Source: Kiritimatiellia bacterium (GTDB taxonomy: Bacteria > Verrucomicrobiota > Kiritimatiellia > WLWN01). Taken from it: a DNA stretch of 64,000 bases. The stretch covers positions 1,564,176 to 1,628,175 of the forward strand of contig WLWN01000001.1 in assembly GCA_012103575.1 (NCBI GenBank). The letters are read 5' to 3'. This document shows, one piece after another, positions 31,313-41,308 of the stretch. The notes under the pieces were generated by a model. The model was not told the origin of the DNA and made no database searches. It saw nothing but the letters and a program-made list of their open reading frames with translations. The translations under genes and the position numbers were made by a program. The stretch's first letter is position 1, and each line of letters begins with the position of its first letter.

Positions 31313-31632
31313 TGGAACACAAAGGGTATATCGGCAATGTTGAATTTGATGATGAGGCCAACATCTTTCATGGTGAGGTTATCAATTTGCGTGATGTTGT
31401 TACCTTTCAAGCTGAAACGGTCAAACAGCTGCGGAAAGCCTTTCGGGATTCAGTGGATGACTACCTTGAATTCTGTGCGGAGCGTGGCGAGTTTCCTGAA
31501 AAACCCTACTCTGGTAAGTTCATGGTTCGTATTGAGCCTGAACTCCACAAGGCGGTTGCCATTCAAGCCAAATTGGAGCACAAAAGTCTTAATGCCTGGG
31601 TTCATGATGCTTTGGAATTGGCGGCAAAATAA
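31309..31632 (+). CDS. hicB: HicB-family antitoxin
   Basis: MMEHKGYIGNVEFDDEANIFHGEVINLRDVVTFQAETVKQLRKAFRDSVDDYLEFC..GKFMVRIEPELHKAVAIQAKLEHKSLNAWV.. (HicB N-domain plus RHH-like C-terminus). The tracked ORF start at 31243 is probably too far upstream. Confidence 0.8.
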   Translation: MMEHKGYIGNVEFDDEANIFHGEVINLRDVVTFQAETVKQLRKAFRDSVDDYLEFCAERGEFPEKPYSGKFMVRIEPELHKAVAIQAKLEHKSLNAWVHDALELAAK

Positions 31633-31773
31633 TGACCCATTTTTGTCCTAAAAAACCCCTTGACGAAAAGACATAATATGGTAAATTCGTTTTCTTTTTG
31701 GAGAAGAGGATTCATTACCGAAAAACACGGGCGAACCTTGAAATCGAAAAATGGGGTCAAACTGAACATTGAA

Positions 31774-31936
31774 TCTAGATCCGTCAGTTAAACGTGGGAT
31801 TTCTGTGCGAACGCTTTGGCGGCAAAAGTGTACAAAGAAATGTAGGTGCACCCATAGGGTGCGTCGAGGCCTTTTGGGATTTTCTTTTGACCCAAATGGT
31901 TCGTGCAGAAAACCACGTTTAACTGACGGATTCAGG
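31774..31936 (+). mobile_element. MITE copy c (diverged, no TSD)
   Basis: Same architecture and orientation as a and b but with many substitutions. The left end is TCTAGATCCGTCAG. The right end CTGACGGATTCAGG is identical to the IS1380 end. Flanks are TTGAA and TTTCT. Confidence 0.75.
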
Positions 31937-32846
31937 TTTCTGTATTCCTTACAGACGCCTACAGCTTTGAGATTACTCAATTTGATTTTACCAATCAACA
32001 AGTCACCTATGAATCAGATATAAACGCCTACTACATTCTTTGTCATGGACAAGTTGTCACCAATATTACAACCCCCGTTAATATGGTGTTGGGTCAAGAG
32101 AGCAGCGGTCAACTGCAAGGTATTCAGAGTACTCAGCTTAGCTTTTATTGCGTGCAGCGCGTTGACATTACAAATCCGTTGGACACTGATATCGACGGTA
32201 TAGACGACCTCTTTGAGTTGCTAAATAATCCTTTGAATCCATTAAACGCCGGTGATGCAGCTCAGGATTTTGATGGGGATAGCATCACCAACCTACTCGA
32301 ATATCAATACGGCACCGATCCCAATACCCTAGATCCCCTCACGACCATTGAAACGTCTCCACTACATGGTGAAGAAGGGGCGGCCATTTCACGTGAAACC
32401 GTTATCTATTTTTCTTACCCTTTGTCGCAAACAGCCGTTATCGATACTAATGTCTTCTTTGCTGAATTTGTAGATCAACCAATTCCTGGTCGCATTCACA
32501 TGGATCCTAACCGGAAAGTTGCCACACTTTTTTACAGTAATTCTCTGCCGGCGAGTGCGCGTATCCGCGTGGCTTTGATGGGGGATGGAATAGAGGACTT
32601 TGCCGGACGGGAAATCGACGCAGATGGCGATGGGACTCCGGGAGGGAATGCGATCATCGATTTTGATACGCTGAGTCTGACGGCTATTTCTAATACTATC
32701 ATTTGTGGTCGTATTTTTGCATCCGAACTAAAAGATCTCGGTGGAGGTACCAATCAGTTTGTCAACGTTCCTTTGGAAGGTGTGACCATTACGGTAGATG
32801 GGATGGAAAGCACCATGCGTGCAGTGACCGATGCCTTTGGAGATTG
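31937..32846 (+). pseudogene. fragment of a surface protein (TSP3-like Asp-rich motifs, SbsA/Big-like Ig domain, start of a carboxypeptidase-regulatory-like domain)
   Basis: The frame of ORF 32083..32850 is open back to the MITE c end at 31937. Motifs DTDIDGIDD, DFDGDS..LEYQYGTDP and ETSPLHGEEG..IDADGDGTPGG. It ends ..TVDGMESTMRAVTDAFGDW with the stop supplied by IS30-A copy 3. Confidence 0.6.
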
Positions 32847-33835
32847 GTAGAGTAACAATACAAGTGCAAAGGTCCGTAGCATAAGTTCATTCTTTGGGTA
32901 TCTGACCCCCCCCAAAGGAGAACATAGAATGCCACGAACCTACGAACATTTAAACCGTTATGAACGAGAAGTGATAGCCCAGATGCTAAAAGAAAAATAT
33001 AGCTTATCTCAAATTGGCCGTCGCCTGGGCCGATCCCCCTCGACTATTTGGCGCGAATTTCGCCGTAATCGAGTCCGTGGCCGCTATTACCCAAGACCCG
33101 CAAATGGCCTGGCTCAAAGCCGATTACAGCTAGCTCGAAAGCCTCAAAAAGTGATGGGAGCTAGCAAAGAACAAATGGAGACTCTCCTGGCGAAGTATTG
33201 GTCTCCAGAACAGATTGAAGGTCGAAGAAAGCTAGAAGGTGACCCTCCCATCAGTCGAATGACGATCTACCGCTACTTGTACAGTCCAAGAGGGGCTGGC
33301 TACCGAAAATACCTGCGTGGCCCCGGAAAGAAAAAACGAGCGACTCGGAAAAGCCATTCACGTATACACAACATTCAGGGCCAAACGAGAAAAGAGGCCT
33401 GTGTAGTCACTCTAGTAGATCGAGCGACTCGATATCTCATCGCCGATCTTTTACCTCGATGCAATGCCGAATCGGTCAACCGTTCCGTACCTCAGTTCGC
33501 TGATTCAGGGCTCCCCTTTAAAACGGTGACTGTAGATAATGGCATGGAGTTTGCCAGCCATGCTAAACTACAGAAAAAAATGGCAACCCCCATTTTCTTT
33601 GCTGAAGGGAGAAACCCTTGGCAAAGAGAGACCAACGAAAACACGAATGGTTTGCTTCGCCAGTTTTTCCCGAAGAAAACCGACTTTGCTGCCCACAGCT
33701 CCGCTCAGTTGAGCTGGGCTGTGGAGTTACTGAATAATAGACCGAGAAAATGCTTAGAATATAGAACGCCCAAAGAAATGATGGACAGCTTCGGTTTTGC
33801 ACTTGTAAGTTGAGTCTGCAAGGATGGAAGGCTTG
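32847..33835 (+). mobile_element. IS30-A copy 3 (in-frame 72-bp deletion in the transposase)
   Basis: ORF 32929..33813 (294 aa) lacks QTMIDQRPEEGESRKVAGHWEGDT relative to the intact copy (junction near 33372). The right end is approximate. Confidence 0.85.
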
Positions 33836-36611
33836 GGCTGGATGCTGGATCCAGGATTTCCTATCCTCGATCTTCCATCCTCGATCTTCCATCCTCTATC
33901 TTCAATTCTCTATCCTCTTTCTCCTCTCGTCTTCCACCTATGCTCAATACCACTACGCTGTCGAAAATTTGAGCAATGGTCAGATCATCCGGCGTGGAAC
34001 GACAGGGGATACCGGTCTGCTCCGGGGTTCGCTTATTTTAGCCTCGAATACTCTCTTTCGCTATTGGCTCTACGAAGTGAGTTCAACCTATCTGGGTACC
34101 ATCGATTTTACGACTCCTTCCAGCGGGAGCCGGTTCACGATTCCTACTGTAAATTTGAAGATCCCGCAGACACCTGATTCAGATGGTGACGGGCTATATG
34201 ACGATGCAGAGCTTGTGATCGGAACCAGTCCTAGTAATGGTGACACGGACAATGATGGTGTAAATGATGGTGCTGAGATTGAACAAGGATTAGATCCGTT
34301 TGACGGTCTTCCAGGGGCGATTGGTTTGATCAGCTCGGTCGATACACCTGGCACTGCTTTGGATGTCTGTGCTTTTAATGATGTAGCCATTCTGGCCGAT
34401 GGCGCTAACGGGGTCTCGATCTTGAATGTCTTTAATCAGATGAGTCCAATCATCATGGGCCAGGTTAATACCCCTGGCAATGCGTCCGCCGTAGCGCTTA
34501 CGGAAAATTATGTAGCCGTAGCCGATGGGGCAGCTGGGTTAACAATTATCGACATTACCGATCCGCCATCAGCAACTATAATAAACCAAATCAATTTAGT
34601 CGGTTTAGTCAAGGCCGTAGCCGCAGCCGGAGGGATGGCTTTTGTCGGGACCTTTAACGGTCCAAACAGTGAAGTAGTACAAATCGATCTTGCTACAGGC
34701 CAGATCGTGGATCGAATTTCGTTCCTCTATGATGTGCACGATCTTTTCCTAGAAGGTGATTATCTTTATGTGCTCATATTGGGCCGGTTAGAAGTTATTT
34801 CATATGGGAATGGACTTATGCAGGCGGTAGGGTCGATCTCTTCGCACGGAAGTCCCAATTCGATCAATGGTCGAATGCGACTATTTGTTGGGGGAGGCAT
34901 TGCTTATCCGATCCATCGGCAAGGCTATAACACCATCGATGTAACAGATCCGACCCAACCGGCTTTAATTGCCTATCAACCTACACCCCAAAATGGCTGG
35001 AAACATATTGTTTTGAATGGTTCCGGCTGGGGTCTTGCTGCGATTAGTCCTAACCCCTCTGGTGGCGCTGATCATGTTTCGCTTTATGATGTGAGTGATT
35101 CCAATAATGTGAACAGTTTTATTACAGAGTTTCAAACACCAGGCGTCGCACAGGCGGTCTCATTTTATAACGGCTTAGCCTATGTAGCCGACAACAATGC
35201 CGGGTTACAGGTCATCAATTATTTAGCCTATGACACGGGTAGCAATGCGCCTTCCATCAGTTTGTCAGCAAGTTTCCCTTTGAATCCTCCCGAGGCCGAA
35301 GAAGGGAAATGGGTACGGGTAACCGCAAATGTGAATGATGATGTACAGGTCCGTAACGTAGAATTTTATAGAGATGGAATTAAAGCGGCCACGGATGGAA
35401 ATTTCCCCTTTGAACATCATTTCATAACCCCTGGATTAACCGAGCAATCCACGTTTTCGATTCAAACGCGTACCAATGATACAGGTGGAAATGCAACGTG
35501 GAGCAGTAATATTGTTGTGACACTTCTACTTGATGCAGCGGGGCCCCAGGTAAAAGCGGTGACGCCTCCGGACGGGTCGTTGCTTAGGAGCTTTTCTGCC
35601 TTTTCAGCCACATTCAGTGAGCCCATTGAGCCCTTAACATTAGATGGAAATTCTTTTTCAGTCTTTGAGGCAGGCCCGGATGGGATTCATAATAATGCCG
35701 ATGATGTGGTTGTGACAGGAGGTGTGATTACCTATGAAAGTGATTTTAATCTAACGGTGCAAAGTTTTAGCACAAATCTTGGACCTGGCTATTATCGAGC
35801 TGTTTTGAGTTCGTCGTTAACCGATGTTGCGGGGAATCCATTATCAGGAGATTATACGTGGTTTGCGCGTGTTTATGATGCGTCTGTTGACACGGACAAT
35901 GATGGTATGCCTGATGATGTTGAAAACATTCTTCTCATGCTGGATCCAAATAATCCGGATAGCGATACCAATGGGATTCCAGATGGAGCAGAGGACTTTG
36001 ATGCAGATGGACTGTTTAACGCAGGCGAAATATTAGTCGGGGCTGATCCCACGAATATTGATACGGATAACGATGAGATTTCTGACGGGGATGAAGACAC
36101 GGATTTCGATGGTTTATCCGATGGCCAAGAAATGTCCGTGGGCACAGATCCGTTAGATGATGATAGTGATAATGATGGGTGGAACGATGAGGTGGAATTA
36201 CAGTATAATGGGGATCCACTTGATCCATTGATCACACCCCAATTATTTATGATTTCAACGCCCCGCAGTGGTGTTGTTCGTCCACATGATAGTATAAATT
36301 TGAATACAAGTGTGGGAAGTCCCCCCGTCCATCTTGTGCTTCCAGATAATGTTACGGGAGGGGGAGATGTAACAGTGGCATGTCCGTTGGCTTCGGTTGT
36401 TAACCTTAAAATAGGGGATACGGGTGGAACAACCGTCAATATAGCGGTGGCAAAACCTGCGGCAAAAGTAACATTATTAAATGGTGGTTTGGGAGGTGTA
36501 GTGGGGGCGAGCATGACGATGGCGAAGCCTCCCGTTAGTGTGACCTCTGTAGATCATAGTACAACAATGGCCTATCCTCCGGTAGCAGTAGTTACGACGA
36601 ATACACCGTAA
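33836..36611 (+). CDS. large surface/adhesin-like protein (LVIVD repeats, Ig-like domains, thrombospondin type-3 Ca-binding repeats); native 5' end missing
   Basis: Signal-peptide-like ..FSILFLLSSSTYA|QYHY.., DSDGDGLYDD/DTDNDGVNDG, LVIVD-type repeats (..AILADGANGVSILNV.., ..VAVADGAAGLTIIDI.., ..AYVADNNAGLQVINY..) and a dense D-x-D-x-D-G array at 35880..36200. The only start in frame is a TTG at 33810 inside the IS30-A end. Confidence 0.7.
33863..33918. repeat. 4 x 14-bp tandem repeat
   Basis: ATCCTCGATCTTCC twice perfectly, then ATCCTCTATCTTCA and ATTCTCTATCCTCT. It lies directly after the IS30-A copy 3 end and the palindrome CTGGATCCAG (33847..33856). Confidence 0.8.
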
Positions 36612-36640
36612 GAAGACGAAGAGTCCAAGGTCGAAAGTCT

Positions 36641-36668
36641 CCGCCACAGGCGGATCCGCCCGTGGCGG
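36641..36668. repeat. 28-bp GC-rich near-perfect palindrome
   Basis: CCGCCACAGGCGGATCCGCCCGTGGCGG (26/28 self-complementary, GGATCC centre), 30 nt after the stop of the large surface-protein gene. There is no T-tract on the + strand. Confidence 0.6.
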
Positions 36669-36824
36669 AAAAAGTCTAAAAATTCAAAAAGAGATTGGAA
36701 GAGAGAAGAATAGGATCTAGCGACTTGCGACCTTTAGACCTTAGACTTTAGACATGAGTCGAATTGGATTTATTATGAAAATTAAGAGCAGAAAAAAGGC
36801 ATACTCAAAAAAAAGGAGACAAAG

Positions 36825-37988
36825 ATGAAAGCAAAAATAACAAGGACGATTGGAATCATAATATCGATCATGAGTGTATCCATGGTTCATGCCGCGACCA
36901 ACTTTAGTGCCGGTAGCGATGGAAGCTATGGAGCGCTTAATATCACATCAGGAGTTGTGACATTAAACATGCCTGCTGATGGCATATTTCATTGCACGAC
37001 CATCACGATTTCTAACGGGGCTACCCTGAAATTTACTCGTAACGCATTGAATACACCGGTGTATCTTTTGGCTACAGGTGACATTTTGGTTGATGGAACT
37101 ATTGATGTGTCAGGTCAAGCTGGATCCACTGGTTTTCCTGGAGATGGTGGCCCGGGTGGTTTTGATGGGGGTGTGCCGGCATTTGATGATGGAACTCCGG
37201 GTGCAGGCCAAGGGCCAGGCGCTGGACTCGGAGGGGAGGCTGCTTATAATGGTTCGTCTCCTGTTGGGTCAGGTTCTTATCAAAGCCGCGCGGCGTCTTC
37301 TGTAGATTCTAACGATGGAAATACATACGGAAGCTCATTGTTGATACCTATCATTGGTAGTTCTGGAGGTGGCGGTACAACCGGTAATCCTGGGAAAGGT
37401 GAAGGAGGTGGCGGCGGAGCCATCCTTTTAGCCTCTGACACTCGAATTGATGTTAATGGTTTTATATTAGCAAAAGGAGGTCAAGGCGGGTTTAATCAGA
37501 GTACGCTTTATTGGAATGGGGGTAGTGGTGGTGCTATACGATTAGTTGCACCGATCGTTGCTGGCTCCGGAGAATGTGACGTAGAAGATGCAGTTGGTAG
37601 TCATGCAGGAAATGGCCGTGTCCGGGTCGATGCCATTGACCGTAGTCAACTTTCATTGAGTCTGTTTAACCCTTCAGGATCATCAAGTGTTGGGGGTGTT
37701 ATGATGGTATTTCCTAATCCGTTACCACGTTTAGATCTTATTGAAGTCGCAGGAGATCCTATCCCTGAAGGAACAGCAGCAGCGCAGAACATATTGTTAC
37801 CTTTTGGCGCCAATAGTAATCAGACTGTACTGGTTCAAGCCAAAGATTTTACGGGAACGAATCTGCCTATACGTGTGGTCTTAACCCCTGAAAGCGGGTC
37901 CCCAAGTTCTTATGATGCAGACATTGATATGAGTGCAGGGAATGTTGTGAGAATTGTAATATTAAATGCCCAAAAGAAGATATTGTAA
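36825..37988 (+). CDS. secreted glycine-rich (beta-helix-like) protein, 3' end replaced by IS30-B
   Basis: Signal peptide (IIISIMSVSMVHA|A), then ..ITISNGATLKFTRNALNTPVYLLATGDILVDGTIDVSG.. and GGPGGFDGG / GSSGGGGTTGNPGKGEGGGGGAILLAS / GGSGGAIRLVAP runs. The last 13 codons (VRIVILNAQKKIL*) are IS30-B sequence from 37948. Confidence 0.65.
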   Translation: MKAKITRTIGIIISIMSVSMVHAATNFSAGSDGSYGALNITSGVVTLNMPADGIFHCTTITISNGATLKFTRNALNTPVYLLATGDILVDGTIDVSGQAGSTGFPGDGGPGGFDGGVPAFDDGTPGAGQGPGAGLGGEAAYNGSSPVGSGSYQSRAASSVDSNDGNTYGSSLLIPIIGSSGGGGTTGNPGKGEGGGGGAILLASDTRIDVNGFILAKGGQGGFNQSTLYWNGGSGGAIRLVAPIVAGSGECDVEDAVGSHAGNGRVRVDAIDRSQLSLSLFNPSGSSSVGGVMMVFPNPLPRLDLIEVAGDPIPEGTAAAQNILLPFGANSNQTVLVQAKDFTGTNLPIRVVLTPESGSPSSYDADIDMSAGNVVRIVILNAQKKIL

Positions 37989-39172
37989 AACAGGAGTGTT
38001 CCATGCCGAAATCTTCTAGATTTAGAAACTCGACAGAAGACAAAAAAAGGAGAAAGACATGGAACAAATCAAGAATAGTATTCATCCCCGAAAAGGCAAG
38101 CATTTGACACAGAAAGAACGGATCATGATTGAAACAATGCTCAAAAACCCAGGACGTCCTTTGGAGATAGCCAGAGCTATCTGGGAAGGCATCGTCGAAC
38201 CATAGAGCGCGAAATTAAACGTGGGGAGGTAGAGCATTTCGATACAGAGCTGCGAAAGAAGAAAGCATACAGCAGTGATCGAGCCCAGGAACTTCATGAT
38301 CTAAATGCGACGGCCAAGGGACCTGAGCTTAAGCTTGGAAAGCATCATGAAACGGCCGTGTTTATCAGCGAGCACATTCTTGTTCACAAACGCTCACCCG
38401 ATGTGGTTGCTCCTTTGCTTAAACAAGAGCAGAGACCTGCAGCGGTGAGTACAAAAACGCTGTATACCTATATTGACCAAGGTCTCATCCCGGGGGTGAG
38501 CAACGAGTCCCTATGGGAAAAACGAAAACGGATAAAACGAAAAAGACGTGCTATTAAGCGGGTTAAAAAGCAACATGCCCGAAGGACCAGTATCGAAAAA
38601 CGACCTAAGACCGTAGAAAAACGCGAGGAATTTGGGCACTGGGAATTGGATTTGATCGTCGGCGGAAAAGGAACTTCAAAACCGGTTTTAATGACGTTAG
38701 TAGAAAGAAAGACCCGAATGCTAAGGGTGAGAAAACTTTCGGATAAAACACAGGCATCGGTTCTGCAGGCCCTCAAAGCGATCGAAAGATCGATGGGAGT
38801 TGGCCCATTCAGATCGATGTTCAAGTCGATTACAGCCGATAACGGGAGCGAGTTTCTCGACGTGGAGCAGATAGAACGTTCCGGATTTAGCAAAAAGAGA
38901 CGTGTTAAACTCTATTATGCTCACCCGTATTCTTCCTGGGAACCAGGCTCCAACGAAAATGCCAACCGTATGGTTCGTCGTTTCGTTGCCAAAGGAGATA
39001 ACATCGGGAAATATACCATCGACCGTATTGGTGAGATTGAAAAATGGATTAACAACTATCCTCGCAAGATCCTAGAATACAAACCCGCACAGGAGTGTTT
39101 CGATTTGGAGATCGCCGCATGAACAGAAGCTCTCAGGTCCATCTTTTGCGGCATTTAATTTTACAACCCACC
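37948..39172 (+). mobile_element. IS30-B copy 2 (1225 bp, transposase frameshifted at the same site as copy 1)
   Basis: ATG at 38059 (MEQIKNSIHPRKGKHLTQKERIMIETML..), a frame change near 38170..38185, then ..LGRHRRTIEREIKRG.. continuing into ORF 38358..39122. About 99% identical to copy 1 by eye. Confidence 0.85.
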
Positions 39173-39266
39173 CTTGCTTTACTTACCCCTAACACGGTGA
39201 GGCCCCTACCCTTTCCCATTTAAACTAATGGAAACTTTAGATATCTAGAAAATTATTTCAAGACAT

Positions 39267-40031
39267 TTAAAATGAATCTTTGCGATGTCTCAATGCTGCA
39301 AACACCTCTACCGGTGAAGTATCCTCAGATAAACTCAGCGCTTTTTTCATTTCAGAAGAACCTGCACGCAAAAAAGGATTGGTCAATTTCTCTTGGCCAA
39401 TGGTAGATGGCACCGTAGAATGACCTTCAGAACGCATCGCTTTTACTTCCTGTAACCTATCTTCAACAAGCACATTTTTAGGTTCTATCTCAACCGCAAA
39501 TTCATAATTCTGCTGGGTATACTCGTGCCCACAATAGACCCGTGTTTCATCCGGCAATTTTACGAGTTTACTTAATGAGTTCCACATCATTTCTGGACTC
39601 CCTTCAAAGAGCCGTCCACACCCACCCACAAACAGGCTATCGCCTGTCCACACGCACCCTTGATCATTTTCGCTAGGAGACCGATAAAAGGAAAGATCTG
39701 TACTTCCATGCCCAGGTGTTTCAATCACACGCAAGGATCCATCCATGTCTAATGCATCCCCCTCCCCCACGCCGTGATCTAGACCCGGAATCCGTTCATC
39801 TTTCGGACCGACAATCTGACAACCGGTTTCTTTTTTGAGTTCTATATTCCCATTTACATGGTCAAAATGATGATGGGTGTTTAGAATCATTGAAAGCGTA
39901 AGATTTTTTTTCTTTAACGCATTTAAAATAGGTTGAGATTCAGCAGGATCAATCACAACGGCCTTTTGACCTATTTGAACAAGATACATGTAGTTATTTT
40001 TCAAAGCAGAGATGGTAGTCATTGAAAACAT
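39267..40031 (-). CDS. gloB: hydroxyacylglutathione hydrolase (glyoxalase II, MBL fold)
   Basis: NNYMYLV..AVVIDPAE..ILNTHHHFDHVNGN..GHGSTD..CGHEYT..NPFLR. 254 aa. Confidence 0.85.
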   Translation of the reverse strand: MFSMTTISALKNNYMYLVQIGQKAVVIDPAESQPILNALKKKNLTLSMILNTHHHFDHVNGNIELKKETGCQIVGPKDERIPGLDHGVGEGDALDMDGSLRVIETPGHGSTDLSFYRSPSENDQGCVWTGDSLFVGGCGRLFEGSPEMMWNSLSKLVKLPDETRVYCGHEYTQQNYEFAVEIEPKNVLVEDRLQEVKAMRSEGHSTVPSTIGQEKLTNPFLRAGSSEMKKALSLSEDTSPVEVFAALRHRKDSF

Positions 40032-40075
40032 ATTTTTTCTCCTATATTCGACAAAAGTTTTTTTAGATTATTGAA

Positions 40076-40095
40076 CCTAGATCCGGCAGTTAAAC
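40076..40095. repeat. solo MITE-TIR-like sequence
   Basis: CCTAGATCCGGCAGTTAAAC matches the MITE TIR at 18/20. It lies in the gloB / PQQ-dehydrogenase divergent intergenic region. Confidence 0.45.
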
Positions 40096-40126
40096 ACAAA
40101 CGCATATAAATTAACCTAATCGATTC

Positions 40127-41308
40127 ATGAAAGTCTACTCTAAACTATATATATTAAGCTTAGTATATCTTATCGGCTGTCCTTTTTGTTTAGCGGACAA
40201 GGCCGTAAAAGATTCTTCATCACGTATCCCCAACATTGCATTCGAAAAGGTTGCAGAAAATTTTTCATCACCCGTTTACGTGACAAGCTCAGGGGATAAA
40301 GACAGCCTTCTTTTTGTAGTTGAACAACCGGGGATTATACGAACTTTAGAGAAAAAAGATACAGGTCCAGGACCTATATTTTTAGACATCAGAAAACGCG
40401 TTAAATTTCGAGGTGAGATGGGACTACTTGGCCTAGCGTTTCATCCTGATTACGCATCAAACAAAAGGTTTTTTGTTAATTATACAACACGTAAAGACAA
40501 AAAACTCTGGACGTATATCTCTGAACTTCAAGGGCATGACAAAAAGGATCGTGCTGATCCTAACTCAGAAAAGATTCTTCTCAAATTTCAACAACCGTAT
40601 GGGAATCATAATGGAGGAATGATCGCGTTTGGGCCGGACGGATATTTATACATTGGAACCAGAGATGGTGGATCCAGAAACGACCCTCATAATCACGGAC
40701 AACGACTTGATACATTGTTGGGAAAAATATTACGCATCGATATTGACCCTACAAACCGATTCCATCATTACCAAATACCAACAGACAATCCTTTTGCAGA
40801 AGAGAAAAATATTCGACCAGAGATTTATGCATATGGCATTCGAAATCCATGGCGATTTAGTTTTGATCCAGTGACTGGAAACCTATTTGTGGGGGACGTA
40901 GGACAACGGCGTCGAGAAGAAATCGATATCATTGAAAAAGGCGGAAACTATGGGTGGAGAATCATGGAGGGATTCATATGTACCCCGGCGATTGGTCAAA
41001 CCTGTAATCAAGACCCATTCATCCTCCCCATTATCGATTATACACGAAAACAAGGTGTCTCGGTTACCGGTGGATATGTGTACCGCGGACAGGATTTTCC
41101 AGCCCTTCAAGGCGTATACCTATATGCTGATTATGGAAGTGGTAACGTATGGGGCCTTCGATATGATGGAAAACGGACTGTAGACCACCGGCTACTCCAA
41201 AAAACATCTATGTCCATATCGTCTTTTGGAGAGGATGAAAAGGGAGCCTTGTATATCGTCGATCATCGTGGCGCTATTTACAAAATTATTCCCTCCCTCT
41301 CCGATTAA
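40127..41308 (+). CDS. PQQ-dependent sugar (glucose/sorbosone) dehydrogenase, secreted
   Basis: GLLGLAFHPDYASNKRFFVNYT, HNGGMIAFGPDGYLYIGTRDGG, YAYGIRNPWRFSFDP and GDVGQ..EEID. Signal-like N-terminus. Confidence 0.85.
   Translation: MKVYSKLYILSLVYLIGCPFCLADKAVKDSSSRIPNIAFEKVAENFSSPVYVTSSGDKDSLLFVVEQPGIIRTLEKKDTGPGPIFLDIRKRVKFRGEMGLLGLAFHPDYASNKRFFVNYTTRKDKKLWTYISELQGHDKKDRADPNSEKILLKFQQPYGNHNGGMIAFGPDGYLYIGTRDGGSRNDPHNHGQRLDTLLGKILRIDIDPTNRFHHYQIPTDNPFAEEKNIRPEIYAYGIRNPWRFSFDPVTGNLFVGDVGQRRREEIDIIEKGGNYGWRIMEGFICTPAIGQTCNQDPFILPIIDYTRKQGVSVTGGYVYRGQDFPALQGVYLYADYGSGNVWGLRYDGKRTVDHRLLQKTSMSISSFGEDEKGALYIVDHRGAIYKIIPSLSD

Noticed and set aside
30875-31936. MITE b, hicAB and MITE c as a composite transposon carrying the TA module
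   Set aside because: MITE b has its own private TSD (TTGAT on both of its sides), and MITE c has none. No duplication brackets the whole unit. The arrangement is better explained by independent insertions.
35873-36514. 213-aa minus-strand ORF, and many other 60-140-aa ORFs antisense to long genes (e.g. 1379..1627, 18477..18717, 20686..21215, 45569..45895, 50317..51563)
   Set aside because: These are shadow ORFs inside well-supported genes on the opposite strand or in another frame. They have biased, repeat-driven composition and no independent support.
32083-36611. Seamless reconstruction of one adhesin gene by removing IS30-A copy 3
   Set aside because: Using the shorter IS boundary (32847..33820) the two ORFs fall in the same frame. 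However, the peptide after the IS (..FLSSIFHP..signal-like..QYHY) does not continue the interrupted carboxypeptidase-regulatory-like domain. The IS end also probably extends to ~33835. The frame match is likely coincidental.
36641-36668. The 28-bp palindrome as a canonical Rho-independent terminator
   Set aside because: No T-tract follows it on the plus strand (it is followed by AAAAAG), so I list it only as a palindromic repeat.
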